Positions 12,032-20,331 of a stretch of DNA of 64,000 bases are shown in pieces. The translations under genes were made by a program, and so were the position numbers. Location: assembly GCA_964540055.1 (NCBI GenBank), contig CAZILC010000003.1, positions 21,599 to 85,598 on the forward strand, read 5' to 3'. The notes below the pieces were generated by a model, which did no database searches, was not told where the DNA came from, and saw nothing but the letters and a program-made list of their open reading frames with translations. The DNA is from an uncultured Gammaproteobacteria bacterium (lineage in GTDB: Bacteria; Patescibacteriota; Microgenomatia; Levybacterales; UBA12049). Within the stretch, counting starts at the first letter, position 1. Each line of letters opens with the position of its first letter.

Positions 12032-12979
12032 ATGACAGAGCTAGCAGAAGTTCCCCAAGAGGCAGCAAATCCACTAGGAAAACCTGATGCAAAGCATCGT
12101 AGAGATGAAAGAATCCCTGCAGGTGAAACATCAATGCGAAAATTTATAGCAAATACTGTTGAAGAGAGTAAAGGTATTCATGAAGCTTTTAAAAAATCAA
12201 AAAAAGAAAATAGAGCGACGCGTTGGCAAAGGATTTTGCATGCTGTGAATATTCCTGCAAGAATTTGGGGAGCCCGATCTGACCTTGCAGGACAAGCTGA
12301 ACAAGGGTCTACTACTCAAGTTCAAAATGCAGAACCTGAACAATCATCCACTACCAGTGTTGATGCTGCAGAACAAAATGTTGAAAATGCGCATAGAAGA
12401 TCTAAGTCAGAGCGATTTAGAAACGCTGCACGAAGAGTAGCTAAATATTTGGTTAGAGATAAAATAGAACAATTACCAGATGGGTATGTTGCCGAAAGTT
12501 TGAATGATGTGGCGGCTATGCGTAAAACAGATGGATATGAATCTGTATATGATGCCGTGCAAAAAGTTTCTAAAGTTGCACTTCCGGTCAGCGCCAATGC
12601 TGAAACACCTGACGGAGCTCTGGGAAAAGAATTTGCTAATGGATTCATGGGGTATTTAAATGTGCCTGGTGATGAAGGTGATGACGGACTCCAATTGGCA
12701 TTTGGAAGAACTGGAGGCAGACATAGCAGTGATAGCTCAGTTGAAATTGTGCAGTTAGACCCTAAGACAGGTGAACCAATTGGTAAACAAAAACTTATGG
12801 TTCTGCCTGATAAAAGCTTGACAGTATTTCCATTTACCGTAAACGGTAAGGAAATCTCGTTATCGGCAAAAATAGACAGGGGTCAACTTGAATTTGCGAC
12901 AAAGGGTGATAAAAAATTACATATTGGAGAGACTGCCCCCAATCTTGTTGAAAATACTAGTGCTGTTCCTGTAGGCTGA
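12032..12979 (+). CDS. Hypothetical soluble protein, Asp/Glu/Arg-rich, with composition atypical for this genome.
   Basis: ORF track only; no recognisable motifs. The 3' end overlaps the next gene convergently by about 23 bp. Confidence 0.4.
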   Translation: MTELAEVPQEAANPLGKPDAKHRRDERIPAGETSMRKFIANTVEESKGIHEAFKKSKKENRATRWQRILHAVNIPARIWGARSDLAGQAEQGSTTQVQNAEPEQSSTTSVDAAEQNVENAHRRSKSERFRNAARRVAKYLVRDKIEQLPDGYVAESLNDVAAMRKTDGYESVYDAVQKVSKVALPVSANAETPDGALGKEFANGFMGYLNVPGDEGDDGLQLAFGRTGGRHSSDSSVEIVQLDPKTGEPIGKQKLMVLPDKSLTVFPFTVNGKEISLSAKIDRGQLEFATKGDKKLHIGETAPNLVENTSAVPVG

Positions 12980-13778
12980 GTGTTAGCCATCTGAAATCAT
13001 GACTAGGATGTCTCATCTCTAAAAAGCCTCTCACATTAGTAGCAGCCAATTCCCACGCCCATCTGCCAGGATCGTCTTCCCCCATTTCTCGATTCGGAAA
13101 AGCAGACGTATAGCGATTTCTCAGACGTTCAATTGCATCCTCATCCCCGGTTTTTTGAGAAAGTACGAGCTTATAGTCATCTGAAATAGCTATTGAATCA
13201 TCAGTTTCCAATGCTTCTTGTGCTGTAGTAAATGCAGTGGTTAGCAAATCGATATGAGGCTTAGCGTGGGGACTCAAAAAGAAATCCTGAATTTCTTCAG
13301 CTTTTTTCATTTGAGGCCTTCTGGGATCTTTCGGGTCGGTACGTACAGAATCTCTATATCTACTTATCGAATCGATGACTGTTGTATGTACTACGTCATG
13401 CCAGAGGACACCTAATCGTCCTTCTTTCATTAGATGTTCGTCATCATGGATAGGTTTTTCTGGTGTATCAACAGCACGTTTCACCTTATACAATCTATGT
13501 TCTCTGTTTGCAGCGGCTCCGACTCGTATCAGTTGTCGATCAGACAGAGGTGATCTAAGCAGTGCCGGCCAGCTTATAGGAGGTTTCTGAAGCAGTGCAG
13601 CTGCAGTATAGATAGCGATTCCTCGCGTCTCCTCAGGCCAGCGCTTATTGCCATCAATAAATCCTTTCACCCACGTATCTTTAATGAGTGGATCACGATC
13701 TGGTGTTAATGTAAATTCTGTAAATGGAAGTCGTCCAGGTTTTTCATTCATGCAACGAATTATACAGGATAGATGCAA
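12957..13778 (-). CDS. Hypothetical protein. The likely start is MNEKPG at about 13751.
   Basis: ORF track only; Arg/Asp-rich; no motifs recognised. Confidence 0.4.
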   Translation of the reverse strand: MHLSCIIRCMNEKPGRLPFTEFTLTPDRDPLIKDTWVKGFIDGNKRWPEETRGIAIYTAAALLQKPPISWPALLRSPLSDRQLIRVGAAANREHRLYKVKRAVDTPEKPIHDDEHLMKEGRLGVLWHDVVHTTVIDSISRYRDSVRTDPKDPRRPQMKKAEEIQDFFLSPHAKPHIDLLTTAFTTAQEALETDDSIAISDDYKLVLSQKTGDEDAIERLRNRYTSAFPNREMGEDDPGRWAWELAATNVRGFLEMRHPSHDFRWLTLSLQEQH

Positions 13779-13852
13779 AATGTAGCCTCTATAGTCTTTT
13801 TTGTTTTTCGCGACAAATGTCTTATTTCAGAGTATACTTGTAGTCGGTTCTT

Positions 13853-14710
13853 ATGCATGCAAAAAAAATTACTGCAACAATTAAGAGCAAAGCGAAGCAA
13901 TTTAGTAGAAATGCACTAGTTGCGCAAGCGATCCGTTTGGGCTATTTTAGCCGTGGTGTTTTTTATAGTCTGATCGGAATATTTGCGTTTAGCCTTGCAC
14001 TTGGTATTGGAAAAGGTGCTATAAGTCAACAAGATATTTTTTTATCCATTAGTCATATTCCCTACGGTTTCTGGGTTCTTTTTATATTCCTAATCGGAAT
14101 GGCTGGTTATTCATTATGGGGTTTTATTCGGGCGACAATGGATTATCTTTTCCCCCACCATACGCATATACCATTCGTTAAGCGAATTGGCTATATTTTC
14201 AGCGGTATTTTTTATGCATCACTGCTTTTTCCGATTCTTGCAATACTTTTTAATAAACCCGAAAATTCTGCGCATACTGATTCCTTAAAAAACATTTCCG
14301 CAATGTTATTGCATATACCTTTTGGGCAAGTGTTTCTTTTTGCAATTGGAATTACCAGCTTTTTTTCAGGATGTATGCAAATTAGAAGAGCAATGTTGGC
14401 TAAAAAAACTTCGGATGTAAACTATTCTAAAAAGATCAAAAATGACCATATTTTTTTAGTAATCTCACGAATCGGCATTGCAAGTCGTGGGTTAATTTGG
14501 ACAATGGTTGGAATTTTTGCTATTATAGCTGGCGTCTACGCTGATCCATCCCGAATTCAGGATACGAATGAAGTATTTAATACATTGAAATTCTTACCGT
14601 TTGGATCGTTTATTGTGATGATTCTTGCTTGTGGTTTTATTCTTTTTGGACTGTATTCAATGAGTCTTAGTGTATGGGGAAAATTACCTAATAATGAAGA
14701 AGACATCTAA
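13853..14710 (+). CDS. DUF1206-family polytopic membrane protein.
   Basis: Three repeats of R-[LI]-G-x3-RG-x2-[YW]-x2-[IV]G (RLGYFSRGVFYSLIG, RIGYIFSGIFYASLL, RIGIASRGLIWTMVG), each followed by a TM pair. Confidence 0.55.
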   Translation: MHAKKITATIKSKAKQFSRNALVAQAIRLGYFSRGVFYSLIGIFAFSLALGIGKGAISQQDIFLSISHIPYGFWVLFIFLIGMAGYSLWGFIRATMDYLFPHHTHIPFVKRIGYIFSGIFYASLLFPILAILFNKPENSAHTDSLKNISAMLLHIPFGQVFLFAIGITSFFSGCMQIRRAMLAKKTSDVNYSKKIKNDHIFLVISRIGIASRGLIWTMVGIFAIIAGVYADPSRIQDTNEVFNTLKFLPFGSFIVMILACGFILFGLYSMSLSVWGKLPNNEEDI

Positions 14711-15443
14711 TAACAAACAAATTACTGTTGAAAAAGTCAGCACAAAAATACAGGAAGAAATTGTTACAAAACCGGTTCGTAAGAGAAGGACAATCACCCT
14801 TCGAATTTTTCTTGGTATTGCAGTGAGTGCGTTTACTTTGCTTGCGTTTGTAGCTCACACAGTACATTATTTCCCCATTGATCTGATCATAACGAGATCC
14901 ATACAGTCATTTCATCCTGCATGGTTTGATCTCCTTATGAAATTTACCAGTTATATTGGATTTCCTCCGCAAGCAGATATATTTGTTTTAGTTGTCGTTA
15001 TAGGTATGTTTATTTTCGGACTTCGCTTTGAAGCTATCGTTACTTTTTTAAATGCGATTCTCATTACTCTTATTAATATATTTTTAAAGGATCTTATCGG
15101 CAGACCTCGACCAAGCGCTGATCTGGTACAAGTATTTTCTCAAGTGGGACAAACCAGTTTTCCAAGCGGACATGTTATGTTTTATCTTGCTGTGTTTGGC
15201 TATTTTTGGTTTCTCTGTTTTACTATGTTAAAAAAATCACTTCTTAGATTTATTCTTTTATTTATTTTATCTGCGAGTATTATTCTTATAGCTCCATCAC
15301 GAATTTATCTGGGAGCGCATTGGGCAAGTGATGTATTGGGTGCCTATCTATTCAGTAGTATCTGGTTGTTAGTCGTTATTGAATTTCATAATTGGGGCAA
15401 ATCCCGTTTCTTTGTCAAACAACCTGTGGCACCGGAAAAATAA
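14670..15443 (+). CDS. PAP2-family lipid phosphate phosphatase (membrane). The likely start is MKKTSNNK at 14694.
   Basis: PAP2 motifs KDLIGRPRPS (K-x6-RP), SFPSGH (PSGH) and SRIYLGAHWASDVLGAY (SR-x5-H-x3-D). Confidence 0.8.
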   Translation: MYGENYLIMKKTSNNKQITVEKVSTKIQEEIVTKPVRKRRTITLRIFLGIAVSAFTLLAFVAHTVHYFPIDLIITRSIQSFHPAWFDLLMKFTSYIGFPPQADIFVLVVVIGMFIFGLRFEAIVTFLNAILITLINIFLKDLIGRPRPSADLVQVFSQVGQTSFPSGHVMFYLAVFGYFWFLCFTMLKKSLLRFILLFILSASIILIAPSRIYLGAHWASDVLGAYLFSSIWLLVVIEFHNWGKSRFFVKQPVAPEK

Positions 15444-16140
15444 CATGAAAAAACAATTATATAAACAAATCGGGATCTATCTTGGCTATTATTTGTTACT
15501 CGCACTCTTTTCAGTTATTTTGGGATATCTGGTAATCTCTGTGCCATTTATCAAAGTATTTGATAATTATTTGTATGTAAAGATCAATGGTTTGCCGCAT
15601 ACACATCTTACGAATTCAATAATCTGGCCGTTTGATTTGTGGTTTTTTCCCTATCCACAGATTTTCTTTTTCCCAGCATATTTTTATTTTATTTTTGCTG
15701 GATTTCTTCTGTATATGGGTATTTTCAAGCGTTCGTTATTTAAATGGGCTCTTGTATCATTGATTTTGGGATATATGCTTGCCGCATTATTGTTAACACT
15801 TGATTGGCATTTTATCTTTCGTCATCGTCCATTTGAATTTTTGCCAAGCACCGTTGATCGTGTATCAAGAATAGCCTTGATGAAGTTCCCATCATATCCC
15901 TCAGGACATGTGCGGGATACAACATTTGTAAGCACCATTATCGTATCGTTTATACCTGGTGCTAAATGGCTGATGGTTTTATTTGTTATCTTTATTGCTT
16001 TTACAAGAGTGTATCAGGGCGCACATTATCCAACTGATGTTCTGGCAGGAATTCTCTTTGGGTATTTGGTAGGTATTATAACTTTTAAAATAGTAATGGT
16101 TATTCGCAAAATAGTTGCTGAAAGGAAAGAACATACATAA
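15379..16140 (+). CDS. Second PAP2-family lipid phosphate phosphatase. The likely start is MKKQLYK at 15445.
   Basis: RHRPFEF, SYPSGHVRDT and TRVYQGAHYPTDVLAG are the three PAP2 motifs, with multiple TM segments. Confidence 0.8.
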   Translation: MNFIIGANPVSLSNNLWHRKNNMKKQLYKQIGIYLGYYLLLALFSVILGYLVISVPFIKVFDNYLYVKINGLPHTHLTNSIIWPFDLWFFPYPQIFFFPAYFYFIFAGFLLYMGIFKRSLFKWALVSLILGYMLAALLLTLDWHFIFRHRPFEFLPSTVDRVSRIALMKFPSYPSGHVRDTTFVSTIIVSFIPGAKWLMVLFVIFIAFTRVYQGAHYPTDVLAGILFGYLVGIITFKIVMVIRKIVAERKEHT

Positions 16141-16143
16141 ATC

Positions 16144-17130
16144 ATGGCTTCAGCAAAAAAACCAGCTAATGCTATAAAATTTATTTTTAATCCTCATGCG
16201 GGAGAAAAACGTAAAAGTATCGGTGGGGGTAACGGTGTCTCTCTTGATGAAATAAAATCTCTGTTACAACAATATCAGCTGCCCGTAGATTATGCACCTA
16301 CAAAAGGTCCAAAGCATGCAACACAGTTGGCAAAGGAAGGTATCTCTGAAGGGTATGAAACAGTAATCGTCGCTGGTGGCGATGGGACAGTAAATGAGGC
16401 TGCAAATGGTTTGGTAGGAAGCGATATAAATCTTGGAATAATCCCTATGGGGACATTTATGAATATTGCTCATATGCTCTCAATTCCACTGGATATTGAA
16501 AAAGCAATTGCAATTATTAAAATTAAACGAATTCGCAAAATTGATGTAGGGCAAGTGACCAAATTGGAAGGTGAAAAATTAACTGATCCTTATTATTTTA
16601 TCGAATCTTCAGGAATTGGTCTTGATGCACATGTACAGGATTATTTTAAAAAAATAGAAAGGGGCGACTTGCAAAATATATTTCCTCTCATTCATAAGTT
16701 TTTTAAATTCAGATCTGGCTTAACTGAAATTGTAACTGATGCAAAAAAAATTACTTGTAAAGCAAGTATTATTAATGTCGCAAATGGTCCTTACGCGGGA
16801 GCAAATTTTAGAATGTCACCTTCTGCAAAGCTAAATGATCACCGTTTGACTGTTTCAATATATTCAATGACACAATGGGAATTGGTAAAATATTTTTTGA
16901 AAATGAAATTGACGCAAAAATCTGATGGACGAAGATTACATACAATAAAAGCAAAAAATGTTAAAATTCAAACCACAACTGAAGATATGTACGTACATGT
17001 GGATGCGAGTTTGTTTGGTTCACCTCCTGTAAATTACAAAATTATTCCAAACGCCTTAAATGTCATTTGTGGTTTTCCCGCATCTTCTGACCCGGTTTCT
17101 ATTTCATCACGAACGACGTTAGATCCTTAA
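16144..17130 (+). CDS. Diacylglycerol/lipid kinase catalytic-domain protein (DAGK_cat, YegS/DgkB-like).
   Basis: FIFNPHAGEKRK...VIVAGGDGTVNEAANGL...GIIPMGTFMNIAHML are the DAGK_cat ATP-binding and GGDG motifs. Confidence 0.8.
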   Translation: MASAKKPANAIKFIFNPHAGEKRKSIGGGNGVSLDEIKSLLQQYQLPVDYAPTKGPKHATQLAKEGISEGYETVIVAGGDGTVNEAANGLVGSDINLGIIPMGTFMNIAHMLSIPLDIEKAIAIIKIKRIRKIDVGQVTKLEGEKLTDPYYFIESSGIGLDAHVQDYFKKIERGDLQNIFPLIHKFFKFRSGLTEIVTDAKKITCKASIINVANGPYAGANFRMSPSAKLNDHRLTVSIYSMTQWELVKYFLKMKLTQKSDGRRLHTIKAKNVKIQTTTEDMYVHVDASLFGSPPVNYKIIPNALNVICGFPASSDPVSISSRTTLDP

Positions 17131-18044
17131 GGAGTAAGTATCGTTAGAGCGCGAGGCAGGATTTCAATCGTTAATTGTTTGGTTGGAGGGAAAATATTTC
17201 CATCACACTCAAATGCTTTTTTCCTACCAATTACTGAAATGACAATCTTTTTCCCTTTTAAAAACGTATAATGAGGACTTTTATTAATATTTCCGGATAC
17301 AGTGTGTCGTAACAAACTAATCCAGTAGTACCAGTTTTTTGCCTGAATAATGCCGATTGAAAGTCTGCCGTTGGTTGCTGAAGTTTGAGGCACAAGATAA
17401 TATCCACCTTGAATTTTGCCTAAATTCGCGGCAAGAATTGTTTTCGCTCTAACTATAATTGGTTTGTTTTCATCTACTTGTAATTTATATATTGTTGATG
17501 AACGGAGTAAACTTCTCAGTGCTGAATACAAATATGCAAGTACACCAATTCTATTTTTTAATTGTCTATTAGCACCCTTTATCATTTCTGCATCAAACCC
17601 GATTCCTGCTAAAATGGCAAAATAAATTGCATTTGCGCGCCCTATATCTATTTTGAGAGGTTTTCCGTGAAGTGCAATTTTCATGCTTTTTGTAGTATCC
17701 AGAGGAATACGTACATTTTGAGCAAATAAATTTCCTGTTCCAAGAGGCACGATTCCGACAGTTATATTTTTATTTACACATGCGCCAACGACTTCCATAA
17801 TTGTTCCATCACCTCCACAAACAATCAAATGAGTAACCCCCTTTTTTATTGCTTGACTTGCTATATCTGTTGCTGTGTTCTGTATTGTGGTAGTTTGCAA
17901 TTCACCATCCCATCCATTTTCCTTTGCAATTGACTGGATGGTTTTTTTTCTGTCTTTCTCATTACCGGGACCACTTACAGGATTAAGAATGATAAGTGGT
18001 GATCGGGCGTTGTGATTTATTTTATTTATCCCCTTTTTTTGCAT
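17127..18044 (-). CDS. Second DAGK_cat lipid kinase, convergent with the first with a 4-bp overlap.
   Basis: LIILNPVSGPGNEKDRK...LIVCGGDGTIMEVVGAC...GIVPLGTGNLFAQN. Confidence 0.8.
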   Translation of the reverse strand: MQKKGINKINHNARSPLIILNPVSGPGNEKDRKKTIQSIAKENGWDGELQTTTIQNTATDIASQAIKKGVTHLIVCGGDGTIMEVVGACVNKNITVGIVPLGTGNLFAQNVRIPLDTTKSMKIALHGKPLKIDIGRANAIYFAILAGIGFDAEMIKGANRQLKNRIGVLAYLYSALRSLLRSSTIYKLQVDENKPIIVRAKTILAANLGKIQGGYYLVPQTSATNGRLSIGIIQAKNWYYWISLLRHTVSGNINKSPHYTFLKGKKIVISVIGRKKAFECDGNIFPPTKQLTIEILPRALTILTP

Positions 18045-19239
18045 AATATTTTCTCCCTTTTAATTTTTCCGGTAAATATGACAAGTTTTTTTCCGGTCCA
18101 ATGTGTCCATTTTTCCAGTTGTAACCTTTTGCATATCCTAATTCTTTCATGAGTTTGGTAGGTGCGTTTCTCAGATGAAGCGGGACAGGTTCATTGGGAA
18201 AATTGATTACATCCTCTCGTGCTTTGGCAAACGCATCAATGGCACTCCTATCTTTTTTTGCACTGGCGAGATAGGTAACTCCATGGGCGAGATTGATTGC
18301 ACATTCAGGATAGCCGATTGTTTCGACTGCGCGAAAAACATCATTTGCTACAACAAGCGCCGTCGGCTGAGCCATCCCAATGTCTTCTGATGCGAAAATT
18401 ACCATTCTACGCGCGATAAATTTTGGATCTTCTCCACCTTCAATCATTCTGGCAAGATAATAAAGAGATGCATCGACATTTGATCCGCGCATGGATTTGA
18501 TAAATGCTGAGATGATGTTGTAATGTTCATCTGCCTTTTTATCGTAAAGGCCTACTGTGCGGGTTTGGAAAATATCTTTTATCGTAACTGGTGTAATTTC
18601 TTTTTCGTTGTATGTTGTTACTGCCATCTCAAGCGCATTTAACATAATCCTCGCGTCTCCTCCGGATAGTCTTAGTAATAATTCCTCAGCTTCCTCATTA
18701 ATTTTTTTCTTGTACTCCCCTACTCCAGTTTTTTTATCAGTTAGGGCTCTTTGAATGATGGTTTGCAAATCCTGTGTTTGTAATCCTTGTAAAACGAAGA
18801 TTCTTGATCGTGATAAAAGCGCGCTAATTATTTCAAAAGAAGGATTTTCTGTGGTTGCACCAATTAAGATAATATTGCCATTTTCGACACTCGGTAAGAG
18901 CGTGTCCTGTTGGGCCTTATTCCATCTATGAATTTCATCGATAAATAGGATTGTTTTTTGTTTGCTTTTTTGTGCCCGTTCAACGATCTCTATCAGATCT
19001 TTTTTCCCGCTCGTTACCCCTGAAAGTGCATGGAAATCTGCGTGTATATTTTTAGCGATAAGATGAGCAAGCGTTGTTTTCCCTGATCCCGGAGGACCCC
19101 AGAAAATCATCGATGTAACTGTTTGATTTGCAATCATTTTTCGGATGATGCCATTTTCTCCTATTAATTGTTCCTGACCGACGTATTCGTCAAGCGTTTG
19201 CGGTCGCATTCTATATGCGAGGTTTGAGGTTCGATTCAT
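18022..19239 (-). CDS. rarA: Replication-associated recombination protein A (AAA+ ATPase RarA/MgsA).
   Basis: MRPQTLDEYVGQE..., Walker A GPPGSGKTTLA, ILFIDEIHRWNKAQQD, the C-terminal MgsA helical domain; 405 aa. Confidence 0.9.
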   Translation of the reverse strand: MNRTSNLAYRMRPQTLDEYVGQEQLIGENGIIRKMIANQTVTSMIFWGPPGSGKTTLAHLIAKNIHADFHALSGVTSGKKDLIEIVERAQKSKQKTILFIDEIHRWNKAQQDTLLPSVENGNIILIGATTENPSFEIISALLSRSRIFVLQGLQTQDLQTIIQRALTDKKTGVGEYKKKINEEAEELLLRLSGGDARIMLNALEMAVTTYNEKEITPVTIKDIFQTRTVGLYDKKADEHYNIISAFIKSMRGSNVDASLYYLARMIEGGEDPKFIARRMVIFASEDIGMAQPTALVVANDVFRAVETIGYPECAINLAHGVTYLASAKKDRSAIDAFAKAREDVINFPNEPVPLHLRNAPTKLMKELGYAKGYNWKNGHIGPEKNLSYLPEKLKGRKYYAKKGDK

Positions 19240-19262
19240 GGGGACATTGTAACATACCCTTA

Positions 19263-19607
19263 TTAAGGTGTTGTTGTGGGTTCTACTGTAACAGTATTTG
19301 TTGTTTCTGGAGTTGCCGTTATTACCACATGGTACACAGTCGGTCCTGCTGTTGGCACATGAGTTATCTCTGGGGGTACGGTTGCACTTTGACCGGCTGT
19401 TGTGGGGATTAGTGTTTCGGTAATTGTAGGATGAGGAGCAGTAATAACGATACTTTTATTTTTATTATTCTGGTTAACAAATACAATTGTTAGGAGGATA
19501 ACTAAGATTACAATTATTATAATAATCCAATGTCTGCCCTTCATTGAGGCTATCTTAACAGTTAGATACAAGAGGTGAATGAAATAGTAGTAAGAAGTAA
19601 GTAGCAA
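19263..19607 (-). CDS. Small membrane-anchored Thr/Pro-rich protein. The likely start is MKGRHW at about 19544.
   Basis: TM segment IIIIVILVILLTIVFV followed by a T/P-rich tail; ORF track. Confidence 0.3.
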   Translation of the reverse strand: MLLTSYYYFIHLLYLTVKIASMKGRHWIIIIIVILVILLTIVFVNQNNKNKSIVITAPHPTITETLIPTTAGQSATVPPEITHVPTAGPTVYHVVITATPETTNTVTVEPTTTP

Positions 19608-19660
19608 GAGCGAAATATTTTGAGGACGTAAGGTAATTTACTGCAGAAATTGGTTTGACT

Positions 19661-20284
19661 CTATTTCCCTCCAAACAGACTGGTAAAGAATGAGATTATA
19701 AGCATAATAAATTGGAGGAACAATTGGAGTAAATTGCCGCCGCCGCCAGTTGTGGGAATTGTGGTAGGAACGGGTTGTTGCGTTGGCTGTGTTGATGTGC
19801 CGGGAGTCTGAGAAATTGTTGGCGTTGGACATCCTGCACCCAGACAGACATTTGTAGGTGCTGGAGTGGCAGGAGTTGGAGTAGCCTCACAGGCAACAGG
19901 TTCACAACCTTTTCCAAGTGTATCCTGATAGCAAACAGCACCGGTTCCGCAATCTGCATTGGTATTACATGACTTGGAACAAATGCCTGAGCCATTAAGT
20001 TGAATATCTGCAGAACAAATGGATGCTTGTAATCCCTGACATTGACCGCCGCCTTGTGTGCAGTATTTGCCAATTCCCTGTTCATTGCCCATATCACCAG
20101 GTGAACCACAGGTTTGTGACTGAGCATGTTGCTGGTAGGTTTGTTTAGTTTGAATTTGAAAAAGTGCCAAATATAAAGCAGCAAGCAAAATACCAAAAAC
20201 GATGAAATATTTTTTGGTGAATTTCGATTGTCCTTTTGATTTGGCAGCCGGTTTGGATGCGGCTTTTTTGAGCTTCTTGGGCAT
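19661..20284 (-). CDS. Secreted or anchored protein with a conserved 9-Cys module and a P/T-rich linker (paralog A).
   Basis: N-terminal Lys-rich region plus TM anchor, then TCGSPGDMGNEQGIGKYCTQGGGQCQGLQASICSADIQLNGSGICSKSCNTNADCGTGAVCYQDTLGKGCEP. This module is near-identical to the one in the next gene. Confidence 0.6.
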   Translation of the reverse strand: MPKKLKKAASKPAAKSKGQSKFTKKYFIVFGILLAALYLALFQIQTKQTYQQHAQSQTCGSPGDMGNEQGIGKYCTQGGGQCQGLQASICSADIQLNGSGICSKSCNTNADCGTGAVCYQDTLGKGCEPVACEATPTPATPAPTNVCLGAGCPTPTISQTPGTSTQPTQQPVPTTIPTTGGGGNLLQLFLQFIMLIISFFTSLFGGK

Positions 20285-20331
20285 AGTCTATCTCAACAGT
20301 AGCAGAGTTTTTTGTCCGTTGTCAATGACTT

